Source: Alphaproteobacteria bacterium
GTDB taxonomy: Bacteria > Pseudomonadota > Alphaproteobacteria > Rickettsiales > JABDBP01
Direction of reading: 5' to 3'
Assembly: GCA_013288565.1 (NCBI GenBank)
Contig: JABDBP010000005.1
Span: forward strand, 8,746-72,745
DNA length: 64,000 bases
Shown here: positions 29,831 to 39,721 of the stretch, piece after piece
Layout of the letters: the number at the start of each line of letters is the position of its first letter
Position numbering within the stretch: position 1 is the stretch's first letter
Notes under the pieces: model-generated
Told to the model about the DNA's origin: nothing
Databases searched by the model: none
What the model saw: the letters and a program-made list of their open reading frames with translations, nothing else
Position numbers and translations under genes: made by a program

Positions 29831-30664
29831 ATGTTATATATAAGATTTAAAAAGTGCCTGAAGAAAATCTTGCCATTAGACTGGTATTATAAGCTGGCTT
29901 TTCTTAAAGAGAATATTAAGGGAGAAATCTGGGGGTTGCTTTATCCGGGAGATGAGCGTTTCTGCCCATTTTGCGGGAAAAGCTATGGAAAATTCATGCC
30001 CTGCAAATACCCATACGGAATCACTGAAAAAGCAGACATAATCTCGGCCCAGACAATTGATAATCTAACCTGCCCCAATTGTTTTTCTAAAGACAGGCAA
30101 AGAGCATTATACTTCTATTTCCAGCAAAAAAATATATCATTTGCCAATAAAAAAATATTACATTTCGCTCCGGAACTCAGCCTCTACTCCCTAATCTCCC
30201 CTCAGAATCCTGCGGAATATATTTGCGGAGACATAGAACCCAAGGCCTATTCACATATTTCGCAGCCGGTAAGAAAATTGGATATTATAAATATAGATCT
30301 TCCCAGTGATTATTTTGATATAGTAATCTGCAATCATGTTCTGGAGCATATTGAGGATGATATCAAAGCCATGAAGGAACTTTTCCGGGTTCTGAAAAAA
30401 GGCGGGTTGGCGGTTTTACTGGTGCCCATCGGTGCCAACCTCGAAAAAACCTATGAGGATGCTTCTAAAATTACCGAAGAAGAAAGAGCCGAAGCTTTTG
30501 GTCAATCGGATCATATAAGAATATATTCAGAGAAGGGTTATTTAGAAAGACTAAGCTCGGTTGGGTTCGCTATGAGTGCGGAAAATGCCCGGTTGAGCCC
30601 TGAGGAAATATTCAAATATGCTATAAACCACAGAGAAAAATTATATATCGGAGATAAAAATTAA
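29831..30664 (+). CDS. SAM-dependent methyltransferase with an N-terminal Cys4 zinc-ribbon-like segment
   Basis: CPFCG...CPNC pairs, then a methyltransferase core (ILHFAPE, DIVICNHVLEHIEDD). Confidence 0.7.
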   Translation: MLYIRFKKCLKKILPLDWYYKLAFLKENIKGEIWGLLYPGDERFCPFCGKSYGKFMPCKYPYGITEKADIISAQTIDNLTCPNCFSKDRQRALYFYFQQKNISFANKKILHFAPELSLYSLISPQNPAEYICGDIEPKAYSHISQPVRKLDIINIDLPSDYFDIVICNHVLEHIEDDIKAMKELFRVLKKGGLAVLLVPIGANLEKTYEDASKITEEERAEAFGQSDHIRIYSEKGYLERLSSVGFAMSAENARLSPEEIFKYAINHREKLYIGDKN

Positions 30665-30722
30665 AACAACAGCCCCTATATGTTTATTTATTTCCGACCT
30701 CGGCGGCGGCGGTGCGCAAAGA

Positions 30723-31823
30723 ATGTTGGTAAATCTTGCTAATCAATTTGTGGAAAAGGGCCTGGAGATCCATTTGGTAGTTTTTCAGAAAACGGGAGAT
30801 TACTGGAATATTTTATCTCCTAAAGTAAAGGTAATTAATATAGATCGGAAAGGAATCCGTATCATTATTCCCTTTGCGAAATATATATTAAAGGAAAGAC
30901 CGGCTAGTATATTGGCGTTTATGAGAGGGCCAAACGTTATAGCCATAATTGCTAATGTTCTGGCCTTACGGAAAGCACGGCTGGTAATAAGCGAGCGTTG
31001 CACATATAGCAAGGAAAGATTGAATGTTTTGAAATGGCTAGTTGGAGACAGCATCCTGGCCGAGCATTTGGTAAAAAAAATCTTCGCAAAAATATTATAT
31101 CCGTTAGCCGATGAAATTATCGCAGTTTCCAGGAATGTTGCCGAGGATCTGGAAAAATATGGCGGCTATAAAAAAGGCCGGGTGAAATATATTTATAATC
31201 CCACGATCACGCCTGAGCTTTTCGAACTGGCAAAGGAAGAAATTCAGCATCCCTGGCTGGCTGGAACCGAGCCGACCATATTAGCAGTGGGCAGATTGAA
31301 CCCTCAGAAGAATTATTACATGCTTATCGAGGCTTTTGCCAAGGTGCGGAAATCGCTCAAAGCAAAACTGATCATTCTTGGCGATGTTTTTACCCCGGCA
31401 GAAAAAGAGGAAAAAATAAAACTCATGAATTTTGTAGATGATCTGGGCATTAAAGATGATGTCGATCTGGCGGGATTCCAGAAAAATCCTTATGCCTTTA
31501 TGTCGCGCACTACCCTGTTTGTATCATCTTCGAACTTCGAAGGTCTGCCAAATGTTTTGATTGAAGCTTTAGCTTGCGACGCTCCAGTCATATCTACCGA
31601 TTGCGAGAGCGGACCGAGAGAAATATTGGCGGATGGCAAATACGGAACCCTTGTCCCGGTAGGGAATAGAGAAATACTAGCTGAAGCAATTAAAGAGGCT
31701 TTAAGCAATCTAGAATCTCACAAACAAATGACGCTAAATTTTCAAAAAGACGCAATGTATCAATTTAAAAGAGAATATGCTGCTGAGAAATATCTGGATG
31801 TTTTACTTAGCTACACACGATAA
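30723..31823 (+). CDS. glycosyltransferase family 4, N-terminus possibly disrupted
   Basis: C-terminal EGLPNVLIEALACDAPVISTDCESGPREIL. The conserved N-terminal ISDLGGGGAQR is in frame upstream of the first ATG but has no canonical start codon. Confidence 0.8.
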   Translation: MLVNLANQFVEKGLEIHLVVFQKTGDYWNILSPKVKVINIDRKGIRIIIPFAKYILKERPASILAFMRGPNVIAIIANVLALRKARLVISERCTYSKERLNVLKWLVGDSILAEHLVKKIFAKILYPLADEIIAVSRNVAEDLEKYGGYKKGRVKYIYNPTITPELFELAKEEIQHPWLAGTEPTILAVGRLNPQKNYYMLIEAFAKVRKSLKAKLIILGDVFTPAEKEEKIKLMNFVDDLGIKDDVDLAGFQKNPYAFMSRTTLFVSSSNFEGLPNVLIEALACDAPVISTDCESGPREILADGKYGTLVPVGNREILAEAIKEALSNLESHKQMTLNFQKDAMYQFKREYAAEKYLDVLLSYTR

Positions 31824-33700
31824 TACCCCTTCCATTCCTGAAACATCAGAACACTCCATAGCGCAAATGAATTGTCCTCGATTCCATCCAGGTGGTTCTG
31901 CAAGGTTTTCCTTATTACATTCCCATCAAGAATTCCATCTTGCTCTAATTTTTTATGATCTAAAAGATTTTCCGCCCAATCGCGAAGAGGGCCACGCAAC
32001 CATTCATGCAATGGTGGCCCAAATCCTTGTTTGGGCCGGTCTATAAGCTTCTCTGGCACATATTTATACAAAGCCTTTCGTAATAGATATTTTGATTTTC
32101 CCTTTTTAAGCTTAAGTGAAAGCGGTAAAGAAAAGGCAAACTCGACAAGCCGATGATCAAGAAGCGGTTCGCGCGCTTCTAAACCATAGGCCATGCTGGC
32201 GCGGTCGACCTTAGTTAAAATATCGTCTGGCAGATAGAAGCTGGCATCTATTCTCTGCATATCCTCTATGTTTTCTAGCCGTTCGGGAACATATTTTTCT
32301 CTGTGCAATGCACTATATTCCGGAGAGAGCAGCGGCAGCTCCTCGCGCCATAGATTATTATAAAAATCTAATAATATTTCCTTTTTACCATCGGCTTTTA
32401 TGATTTTCTTTAATCTGTCAATTCTTCGCGATGTAACTTTTAAACCAAGCACTTTTCCAAACCCTTGCCATAAACCGAATGGCAAATTATCTATCATTGG
32501 CAATAAACAGCGCAGAGTTTTCTGAGGAATTCTTAAAAGCAGTGCAGCGGCTTTATATTTATCGTATCCGGTAAAAAGCTCGTCCCCACCATCACCGGAA
32601 AGCGATACCACAACTTGCTCCCTTGCGATTTTTGAAACTAGCATAGTCGGCAGCATTGAGAAATCAGCGAATGGTTCGTCATAATATTCAGGCAGAGTGG
32701 GAATGAGAGAGAACAGATCCTTTTCGTCCATTATTACTTCCGTATGGTCGGTGCCCAAATGATTCGCCACAGCCTTGGCATATTTCGATTCATCGAGCAC
32801 CGCGTTATTAAATCCTATACAGAATGTTTTAACTTTTCTGCTTACACTTTTCTGCATATAGGCCACGACCGCGCTGCTATCCACGCCCCCAGAAATAAAC
32901 GCGCCTACCGGCACATCGGCGCGCATGCGTAGTTTTATTGAACTTTTTAATATTTCTTCCAGCCTTTCCGAGGCTTCATTTTCACTGATAGCCAAACGCT
33001 CGGTTGGCAATGACCAGTAACATGATTGTTTTATCCAGCCATCTTGAGAAATCGCTACAATGTGCCCCGGCAGAACCTGCGCGGTGTTCTCATAAATGCT
33101 CTGACTCCGTGGTAAGTAACCATATTGAAGGTAGCCAGCAGTGGATTCCAAGGAAATAGCCGGTTTAAAATATGGATGTTTTAGAAAACTCTTCGACTGC
33201 GAAGCAAAAAGCACTGCCTGGTTTGCAATAATGGAATAATAAAGTGGCTTTACTCCCATGCGATCCCGAACCAGGAAAAGTTTCTGTTCTCCTCTATCCC
33301 ATAAAGCAAATGCAAACATGCCGATGCATTTTTTAACCGTAGCATCCAAGCCCCAAATAACGATGGCCTCGATAAGGACTTCTGTATCGGAATGGCCGCG
33401 AAACACCACTCCACCATTCTCAAGTTCTTTCCTTATTTCCTGAAAATTATATATTTCTCCATTGAAAGTGATGACAAACCGTTCATTAGCGGAAAGCATG
33501 GGCTGGCTACCGGCAGTTGAAAGATCAATAATCGATAAGCGGCGATGGCCGAACGCAACTCCAGCACTTTCTTCAATCCAAGTACCCTGCCCATCCGGAC
33601 CACGATGCGCAAGCACGGACGTCATGCTTTCTATGTTTTTTTGAAGCTCTTCCCTTCTTCTTAACGCCCTAAATTCCCAAAATCCCGAAATACCACACAT
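31811..33700 (-). CDS. asnB: asparagine synthase (glutamine-hydrolysing) family amidotransferase
   Basis: 629 aa. N-terminal MCGI nucleophile and PP-loop SGGVDSS. Confidence 0.9.
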   Translation of the reverse strand: MCGISGFWEFRALRRREELQKNIESMTSVLAHRGPDGQGTWIEESAGVAFGHRRLSIIDLSTAGSQPMLSANERFVITFNGEIYNFQEIRKELENGGVVFRGHSDTEVLIEAIVIWGLDATVKKCIGMFAFALWDRGEQKLFLVRDRMGVKPLYYSIIANQAVLFASQSKSFLKHPYFKPAISLESTAGYLQYGYLPRSQSIYENTAQVLPGHIVAISQDGWIKQSCYWSLPTERLAISENEASERLEEILKSSIKLRMRADVPVGAFISGGVDSSAVVAYMQKSVSRKVKTFCIGFNNAVLDESKYAKAVANHLGTDHTEVIMDEKDLFSLIPTLPEYYDEPFADFSMLPTMLVSKIAREQVVVSLSGDGGDELFTGYDKYKAAALLLRIPQKTLRCLLPMIDNLPFGLWQGFGKVLGLKVTSRRIDRLKKIIKADGKKEILLDFYNNLWREELPLLSPEYSALHREKYVPERLENIEDMQRIDASFYLPDDILTKVDRASMAYGLEAREPLLDHRLVEFAFSLPLSLKLKKGKSKYLLRKALYKYVPEKLIDRPKQGFGPPLHEWLRGPLRDWAENLLDHKKLEQDGILDGNVIRKTLQNHLDGIEDNSFALWSVLMFQEWKGYYRV

Positions 33701-33714
33701 AATTTATTTATTGT

Positions 33715-34779
33715 TTAGATCTTTATTAATAAATTCTTCAGCAATTTTCTTATTGGCAGTTCACCATAAATATGAATTAACGCTGATAGTATAATCACAG
33801 ATAAGATGGTAAGAGTTACAAGAGTAAAATCTCCAATCTTACCCGTGAAATGATGGATTATAATATATCCGACCATTTGGTGAATAAGATATAAAGGGTA
33901 AGTTAAGTTCCCAATAAAAATCCAGAGATTTTTATTCTTAAAGTGAGCGGGATTCTTTATTACTGCTATAAAAAGCAAAAGCAATACGGTATAAATCACT
34001 GCTGCTATGTAGCTATTAACATGCCCACCTGTAATAGAAAGGCCGCTGGACATTTTATCTATCTGCACCAAAGAGAGAAAATAAGAGACAATCAATAATA
34101 TATTTCTCAGCCTGGATGGTCCATTTAGATAGTTCAAGTAAAGTAGTGATCCTGCAGAGAAGAAGCCGAATACATCACATGCTAATGGGAGTGCCGTATG
34201 TCTTGGGAATGGAGTCCCAAAAATTGAATGACTCCAATACACTGTGGAAGCAGTGAGTCCAAAAATAATGAAGTATTCAATAAACTTTAATTTTCCAGTT
34301 AAAATTAGCAAAAATATATAGGCATAAAAAATTATTTCGTAGATCAGAGTCCAATATACTCCATCCATATATTCCACTTTAAATATTGTGCTGAGCATCG
34401 TCAGATTAACGATATACTGAACAAAGCCGGGCTTATGAAAATTAGGATCGTCTACAGGGATAAATCTACATGCCATAAAAGTAATTGTGGCGCAAATGAG
34501 GAATGCCGGATAAATCCTTAGAAACCTAGATATAAGAAATCTTTTTGCATCTTTTTCCAGCGCTGAATTCAATATTACAAAACCGCTGATTACAAAAAAT
34601 ATCTGCACTCCTAAGAAGCCATACTTAAATATCTCAGATAAGGAATGAATCTCGGTTTTAAGTAAAATTGGACTGTCAGAGAGTGTTCCGCGATAAAAAT
34701 AATGAAATAATACTACTGACAAGGCACATACAAACCTTAAGAAATCTATCCCTAAAAACCTGACGTTTTTATTATTCAC
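33715..34779 (-). CDS. acyltransferase family 3 membrane protein (OafA-like O-acetyltransferase)
   Basis: 354 aa polytopic protein. N-terminal FLGIDFLRFVCALSVVLFHY. Confidence 0.8.
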   Translation of the reverse strand: MNNKNVRFLGIDFLRFVCALSVVLFHYFYRGTLSDSPILLKTEIHSLSEIFKYGFLGVQIFFVISGFVILNSALEKDAKRFLISRFLRIYPAFLICATITFMACRFIPVDDPNFHKPGFVQYIVNLTMLSTIFKVEYMDGVYWTLIYEIIFYAYIFLLILTGKLKFIEYFIIFGLTASTVYWSHSIFGTPFPRHTALPLACDVFGFFSAGSLLYLNYLNGPSRLRNILLIVSYFLSLVQIDKMSSGLSITGGHVNSYIAAVIYTVLLLLFIAVIKNPAHFKNKNLWIFIGNLTYPLYLIHQMVGYIIIHHFTGKIGDFTLVTLTILSVIILSALIHIYGELPIRKLLKNLLIKI

Positions 34780-35031
34780 TTTAATTCAACCAAGATATTG
34801 AAGTACGTTTATAGTCTAAAAACTACTTTTTAGCAGAAAAGAAGCCACTCATCCAGAAGGAGTTCAGCCTGGGGATGAAGAAGTTCGTGAAATGGCTATT
34901 TTGGCTAATGATCGAGAAACAACAATTTCTTTGCTGAGTTATCCCTACGATGCGCCGAATAAATTTAACGAGGAAGAGGAACTTGAACTAACAGATTCCT
35001 ACGAATTTATGCAAAAGAGAGGCCTGTAAAA

Positions 35032-35108
35032 TGGTGGGAACGAGAGGATTCGAACCTCCGACCTAGCGATTAGGAATCGCTCGCTCTATCCAACTGAGCT
35101 ACGTCCCC
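35032..35108 (-). tRNA. tRNA-Arg (anticodon CCU)
   Basis: Hand-folded 77-nt cloverleaf. Acceptor GGGGACG/CGTTCCC, anticodon stem AGCGA/TCGCT, loop TTCCTAA, T-loop GGTTCGAAT, encoded CCA. Confidence 0.9.
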
Positions 35109-35310
35109 TTAGAATAAAAAATGATGTTTTTATAAGGGCGGTGCATCTTACTCGACCTCATGCACATTTTTCTAGTCCCTAGAAGTAAAAAAATTGGGGC
35201 AAGCATGAAAGCGTCCGCACCACTATCTGCTATCCTGCAGGACGTTTTAGTACCAGCACAGCAGATCCTGCGCTAGTGCCTTCGGCATTCCATGGGATGA
35301 CTCCAGCCTT

Positions 35311-36690
35311 TCATATATTTTCCACTATAAAACCTCTTAACTTTTCCGCGCTGTTCGGCAATATGACAAGTTTTTCCTTCTTGCGGGAAAGATTTGCAAG
35401 CGGATTTCCGGCCATCAGCACCCCGGCTTTTTTTATCGCTTCAGGAAATTTCGCCGGATGCGCGGTTGCCAAAGTTATCATCGGGGTTGATTTTTCCTTG
35501 AACTTCCCAGCAGCGCTTAACCCCACAGCGGTATGCGGATCGGCGATTTCGCCGGTTACATCATGGATTTTTTTTATCACCTCCCTAGTTTCCACGTCAT
35601 CAGCGCTATGGCCGGAAAATATTTTCCTTATCTCCCCCAGCACCTGCGGTGCTACCTTCAACCGTCCGGTTTTTTTGAAATCCGCCATCAGGCGGGAAAC
35701 TTCTCTCCCATCGCCATCATGCGCGAAAAACAAAAGCCGCTCGAAATTGCTGGAAACCTGGATGTCCATGCTGGGCGAAAGCGTCGTCCTAACCGATTTT
35801 TTAGCGTAATCATTGGCATTTATGAATCGCGCCAGTATATCGTTTTCGTTCGTCGCAATGATCAGTTTTGTTATCGGCAGGCCCATTTTATAAGCCATGA
35901 ATCCGGCGAAAATATCACCGAAATTGCCGGTCGGCACTGAAAAACTGACGGATTTAGCGGGACTCCCGAGTGCCACTGCCGCCGAGAAATAATACACGAT
36001 CTGCGCCATCACCCGCGCCCAGTTTATCGAATTCACTGCAACTAGCCTTCGGTTTTTTAAGAAATCACGCTGCGCGAAAAGACTTTTCACTATGTCCTGG
36101 CAATCATCGAATGTGCCTTTCACCGCGATGTTGTGGACGTTTTTAGCAGCAACCGTTGTCATCTGGCGACGCTGGATTTCCGAGGTTTTTCCATGCGGAT
36201 GCAGGATGAAAATCTCCGCATTCCGGCAATTTTTACAGCCATTAATCGCCGCCGATCCGGTATCGCCACTGGTGGCTCCTAGTATCACAATTTTTTCCTT
36301 CCGCTTTTCCAGGAAATAATCCAAAAGACGCCCGAGCAGTTGCAGCGCAAAATCCTTGAACGCCAGCGTCGGCCCGTGGAACAATTCCAGCAGCCATTCA
36401 TTTTCATCCAGCTGCTTCAAGGGCGCAACGGCGGGATGCCGGAAAACCTTATAAGTTTCCGCGATTATTTCTTTCAGCTTTTTCTCCGGAATCTCGCCAC
36501 CGATAAACGGATTTATTATTTCAAACGCCAATTCAGCATATGAAAGCCCGGCGAAACCGGCGATTTGTGCTGGAGAAAACTTAAGTATTTCCTCTGGCAC
36601 ATAAAGCCCACCGTCAGACGCCATTCCGGCGAACAAAACTTCCTCAAACCCCAGCTTCGCTGCTTCCCCGCGTGTACTGATGTATTTCAT
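35311..36690 (-). CDS. thrC: threonine synthase
   Basis: 459 aa. MKYISTRG start and the PLP lysine motif HGPTLAFKDFALQ. Confidence 0.95.
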   Translation of the reverse strand: MKYISTRGEAAKLGFEEVLFAGMASDGGLYVPEEILKFSPAQIAGFAGLSYAELAFEIINPFIGGEIPEKKLKEIIAETYKVFRHPAVAPLKQLDENEWLLELFHGPTLAFKDFALQLLGRLLDYFLEKRKEKIVILGATSGDTGSAAINGCKNCRNAEIFILHPHGKTSEIQRRQMTTVAAKNVHNIAVKGTFDDCQDIVKSLFAQRDFLKNRRLVAVNSINWARVMAQIVYYFSAAVALGSPAKSVSFSVPTGNFGDIFAGFMAYKMGLPITKLIIATNENDILARFINANDYAKKSVRTTLSPSMDIQVSSNFERLLFFAHDGDGREVSRLMADFKKTGRLKVAPQVLGEIRKIFSGHSADDVETREVIKKIHDVTGEIADPHTAVGLSAAGKFKEKSTPMITLATAHPAKFPEAIKKAGVLMAGNPLANLSRKKEKLVILPNSAEKLRGFIVENI

Positions 36691-38189
36691 GGTAAATACC
36701 TATTCTGCAAATGTTCTTTGAACGCTGAAGCATTTAAAGCCGATCCGGTGCTTTTTTTGAGCAGCTCCTCTGCCGTATAGTGCGAACCGTGCGAGTGCAA
36801 GTTTTCGGCCAGCCATTTTCGCATATTTTTAAAATCCCCGCGCTGGATTTCCCGCATGATTCCCGGTAATTGTTTTTTCATCGCTTTTGCCAATTGCGCC
36901 GCCGTCATTGCACCCAACGTATAAGTCGGGAAATAGCCGAAAGAGCCATCCGTCCAATGGATATCCTGCATACAGCCATCTTTATCATTCGGCACTTTTA
37001 CGTCGAGCAATTCGCGCATTCCCTTGCTCCATCTTTCCGGCAAATCGTCGATTTCCATACCACCGGAAATCAAATCCTTTTCTATTTCATAGCGCAGTAT
37101 TACATGCGCCGGGTAAGTTACTTCATCAGCCTCGACGCGTATTAGTCCGGGCTTTACGCAAGTGACCGTGTTGTATAAATTCTCGGCAGAAAATTCCTTA
37201 CCGGGGCGCTTAAATTCCTTGGCCGTAACAGGCGCGGCAAATTCGCAAAATTCGTAACTTCTGGCTATTTGCATTTCAATAAACAAGGATTGGCTTTCAT
37301 GCACACTCATGCCAAGCGCGCCGCCGACCGGCTGTGTCCGCCATTTTTCCGGCAAGCCAAACTCGTAAAGCGCATGGCCGGTTTCATGCAAAACGCCCAT
37401 GAAGCTCGGCAGGAAATTATCCTCATAATAGCGCGTGGTTATGCGGACATCCCCCGGGCCGCCGCCGCAGAACGGATGATGGCTGGTATCCAGCCGCCCG
37501 TGGGCGAAATCGAACCCGATTTTTTTCATCATCTTTTTCCCCAACTGCTTCTGCGTTGCGATCGGGAATTTGCCGGATATGGGGATGATTTTTTTCTTTT
37601 TCTGCCGCGTTAAAACCTTATCCAAAAATCCCGGCAGGAATTTTTTCAAATCACTAAATATTGCATCGATTTCCACTGATTTCCTTCCGGAATCATATTG
37701 GTCTAATAACGCATCATATTTTGAAAGCTTCAGCTTTTCCGCCTTTGCCACAGCCATTTCGCGCACTAGCTTCAACACTTTTTTCATATATTTGGCGAAT
37801 GTCTTGAAATCGTTTTCGCCCCTAGCTTTCCGCCATGCCATCTCGCATTCGGATCCGGCTTTCGATAATGCTACCACCAGCTTTTCATCGACCGCAGTTG
37901 CATGCAGCCAAGAATGCTCCATCAGCCGGAGATTGGCCTTCTGCCAGTCATTTAAATCTTCCGCCCGCTGTTTCGCTGCCTGGATTTTTTCTCCGACTTT
38001 CTTGGTTGCGAGAGTTTCATGATGCAGCGAATGCAGGAAAGCCAGCTGCTCGGCGCGCTCGGGAGCGGATTTTTCCGGCATCATTACCGCCGCATCCCAA
38101 TGCATTATGCCGGAAATGCCACCTATCCGGTGCAGCTTGGCAAAAATACGCTCAAGTTCCTGGTATGCACCCATGTTTTTTCCATTCAT
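36687..38189 (-). CDS. M32 family metallocarboxypeptidase (Taq-type)
   Basis: 500 aa. Motifs HETGHALYE (HExxH), HESQS and IRVEADEVTY. Confidence 0.85.
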   Translation of the reverse strand: MNGKNMGAYQELERIFAKLHRIGGISGIMHWDAAVMMPEKSAPERAEQLAFLHSLHHETLATKKVGEKIQAAKQRAEDLNDWQKANLRLMEHSWLHATAVDEKLVVALSKAGSECEMAWRKARGENDFKTFAKYMKKVLKLVREMAVAKAEKLKLSKYDALLDQYDSGRKSVEIDAIFSDLKKFLPGFLDKVLTRQKKKKIIPISGKFPIATQKQLGKKMMKKIGFDFAHGRLDTSHHPFCGGGPGDVRITTRYYEDNFLPSFMGVLHETGHALYEFGLPEKWRTQPVGGALGMSVHESQSLFIEMQIARSYEFCEFAAPVTAKEFKRPGKEFSAENLYNTVTCVKPGLIRVEADEVTYPAHVILRYEIEKDLISGGMEIDDLPERWSKGMRELLDVKVPNDKDGCMQDIHWTDGSFGYFPTYTLGAMTAAQLAKAMKKQLPGIMREIQRGDFKNMRKWLAENLHSHGSHYTAEELLKKSTGSALNASAFKEHLQNRYLP

Positions 38190-38871
38190 TCCTCATGAAC
38201 AGAAAATAAATCACGGCCAGGGTAAGAGCAAGTAAATACCAGGTTATCGCGTATCCAAGATGGTCGTTACGGAGCTTCACCTGCTGGTCGAGCGGAATCG
38301 GCAACTGACCGGGATTCGGGGAGATTTGCTGGATGATGTATCCGGGAAGGTTCGCGCCCACATAACTATTGATTTCCGCCGCATCGGTTGAGAACCAGAT
38401 ATTCTTCTCGGGCGAATTTTTCGGCATGAACCAATGCCGTGGAAACGCCGGGAATATTATGCCTTCAAGCGTAACCTTGCCGGGAATCAATGTTTTGGCC
38501 CTAGATTTTTGAGTGATTTTTTCCTCCGGCACCCAGCCTCGGTTTATCAACACCATCCGCCCACCCACTACCTTTAGCGGCGTCAAAATATAATATCCCG
38601 CCTGCCCACGATAATATTTCGCAGCTATATGGATTTCCTTGTTATGCAGGAAAACCCCGGAAATTCTCACTTTTTTGAATTGATCTTTTTCCAGTGATGC
38701 GTCGCGCGGCAGCGGAATCGCCGGTGCGGCAAATCCATGCTCGATTCCGGCAATCATAGAGGTTTTCCATTGCAATCTTTTTATCTGCCAAGTGCCGAGC
38801 GCAACCAGGATTAGGAAGGCCGAAAAGGCTGAAATTGTCAGGCCGGGATAATGGCGTAATATTCGAATCAT
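38152..38871 (-). CDS. SURF1 family cytochrome oxidase biogenesis protein
   Basis: 239 aa. N-terminal TM plus GTWQIKRLQWK, and a C-terminal TM after NDHLGYAITW. Confidence 0.75.
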   Translation of the reverse strand: MIRILRHYPGLTISAFSAFLILVALGTWQIKRLQWKTSMIAGIEHGFAAPAIPLPRDASLEKDQFKKVRISGVFLHNKEIHIAAKYYRGQAGYYILTPLKVVGGRMVLINRGWVPEEKITQKSRAKTLIPGKVTLEGIIFPAFPRHWFMPKNSPEKNIWFSTDAAEINSYVGANLPGYIIQQISPNPGQLPIPLDQQVKLRNDHLGYAITWYLLALTLAVIYFLFMRNEWKKHGCIPGT

Positions 38872-38877
38872 CGATTT

Positions 38878-39711
38878 TTACGACGATCCCCACCAGTAAA
38901 TGCATACGAACAGGAACAGCCACACCACATCGACGAAATGCCAGTACCAGGCGGCAAATTCAAATCCCAGATGATTCTCTGGCGTGAACTGACCCTTGCG
39001 CGCGCGAATCAGGCAGGTAATCAAGAATATCGTGCCGATTATAACGTGGAATCCGTGGAAGCCGGTGGCCATGAAGAAATTGGAAGGATAAATCCCCTGC
39101 TTGAAAGCAAACGGCGCATGGTGGTATTCAAATGCCTGCAGGCTGGTGAAGGAAATCCCGAGCAGGACGGTACAGGCAAGGCCCTGGATTAATCCCTTGC
39201 GGTCACCATGCATCAGCGCGTGATGCGCCCAGGTGACGGTGGTGCCGGAAAGCAAAAGAATCAGCGTGTTCATGAACGGCAAATCCCACGGGTCGAAGGT
39301 TTTTAAGCCGGCGGGCGGCCAGATTCCTTCTTTCACCACCCATACGCCATCCAAAATCCCGACCGGGAAAATGCTGGCCTTGAAGAACGAGCCGAAAAAC
39401 GCGGCGAAGAACATCACTTCCGAAAGGATGAACAACCCCATGCCCATCCTTAAACCCCGGCGCACCGGGGAAGTGTGGGCCTTGTCCGCAATGCTTTCTT
39501 TTATGACATCGCTCCACCAGCGGAACATGGTAAAAAGTATGAGGACGATGCCCATCGCCAGCAATAATTTCCCACCCGCTTTGGCATGGAACGTCATAGC
39601 CGAGCCTAGCGTCAGGCAAAACAATCCGATTGCCCCGATAATCGGCCACGGGCTTGGATTTACCAGATGGTATTGATGCGGCTGCTGGCCGGTTATGTGC
39701 ATTTTTTCCAT
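38878..39711 (-). CDS. ctaE: cytochrome c oxidase subunit III
   Basis: 277 aa. HQYHLVNPSPWP start, 7-TM pattern, FEFAAWYWHFVDVVWLFLF. Confidence 0.9.
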   Translation of the reverse strand: MEKMHITGQQPHQYHLVNPSPWPIIGAIGLFCLTLGSAMTFHAKAGGKLLLAMGIVLILFTMFRWWSDVIKESIADKAHTSPVRRGLRMGMGLFILSEVMFFAAFFGSFFKASIFPVGILDGVWVVKEGIWPPAGLKTFDPWDLPFMNTLILLLSGTTVTWAHHALMHGDRKGLIQGLACTVLLGISFTSLQAFEYHHAPFAFKQGIYPSNFFMATGFHGFHVIIGTIFLITCLIRARKGQFTPENHLGFEFAAWYWHFVDVVWLFLFVCIYWWGSS

Positions 39712-39721
39712 ATCAGAACTC

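Larger units (their letters stand above)
9464..35031. other. surface-polysaccharide (O-antigen/EPS-type) biosynthesis, modification and export island, more AT-rich than its flanks by eye, ending at tRNA-Arg
   Basis: Continuous run of polysaccharide genes (listed separately). A by-eye composition shift relative to the ilv and thrC flanks. tRNA-Arg lies at 35032-35108. Confidence 0.5.
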
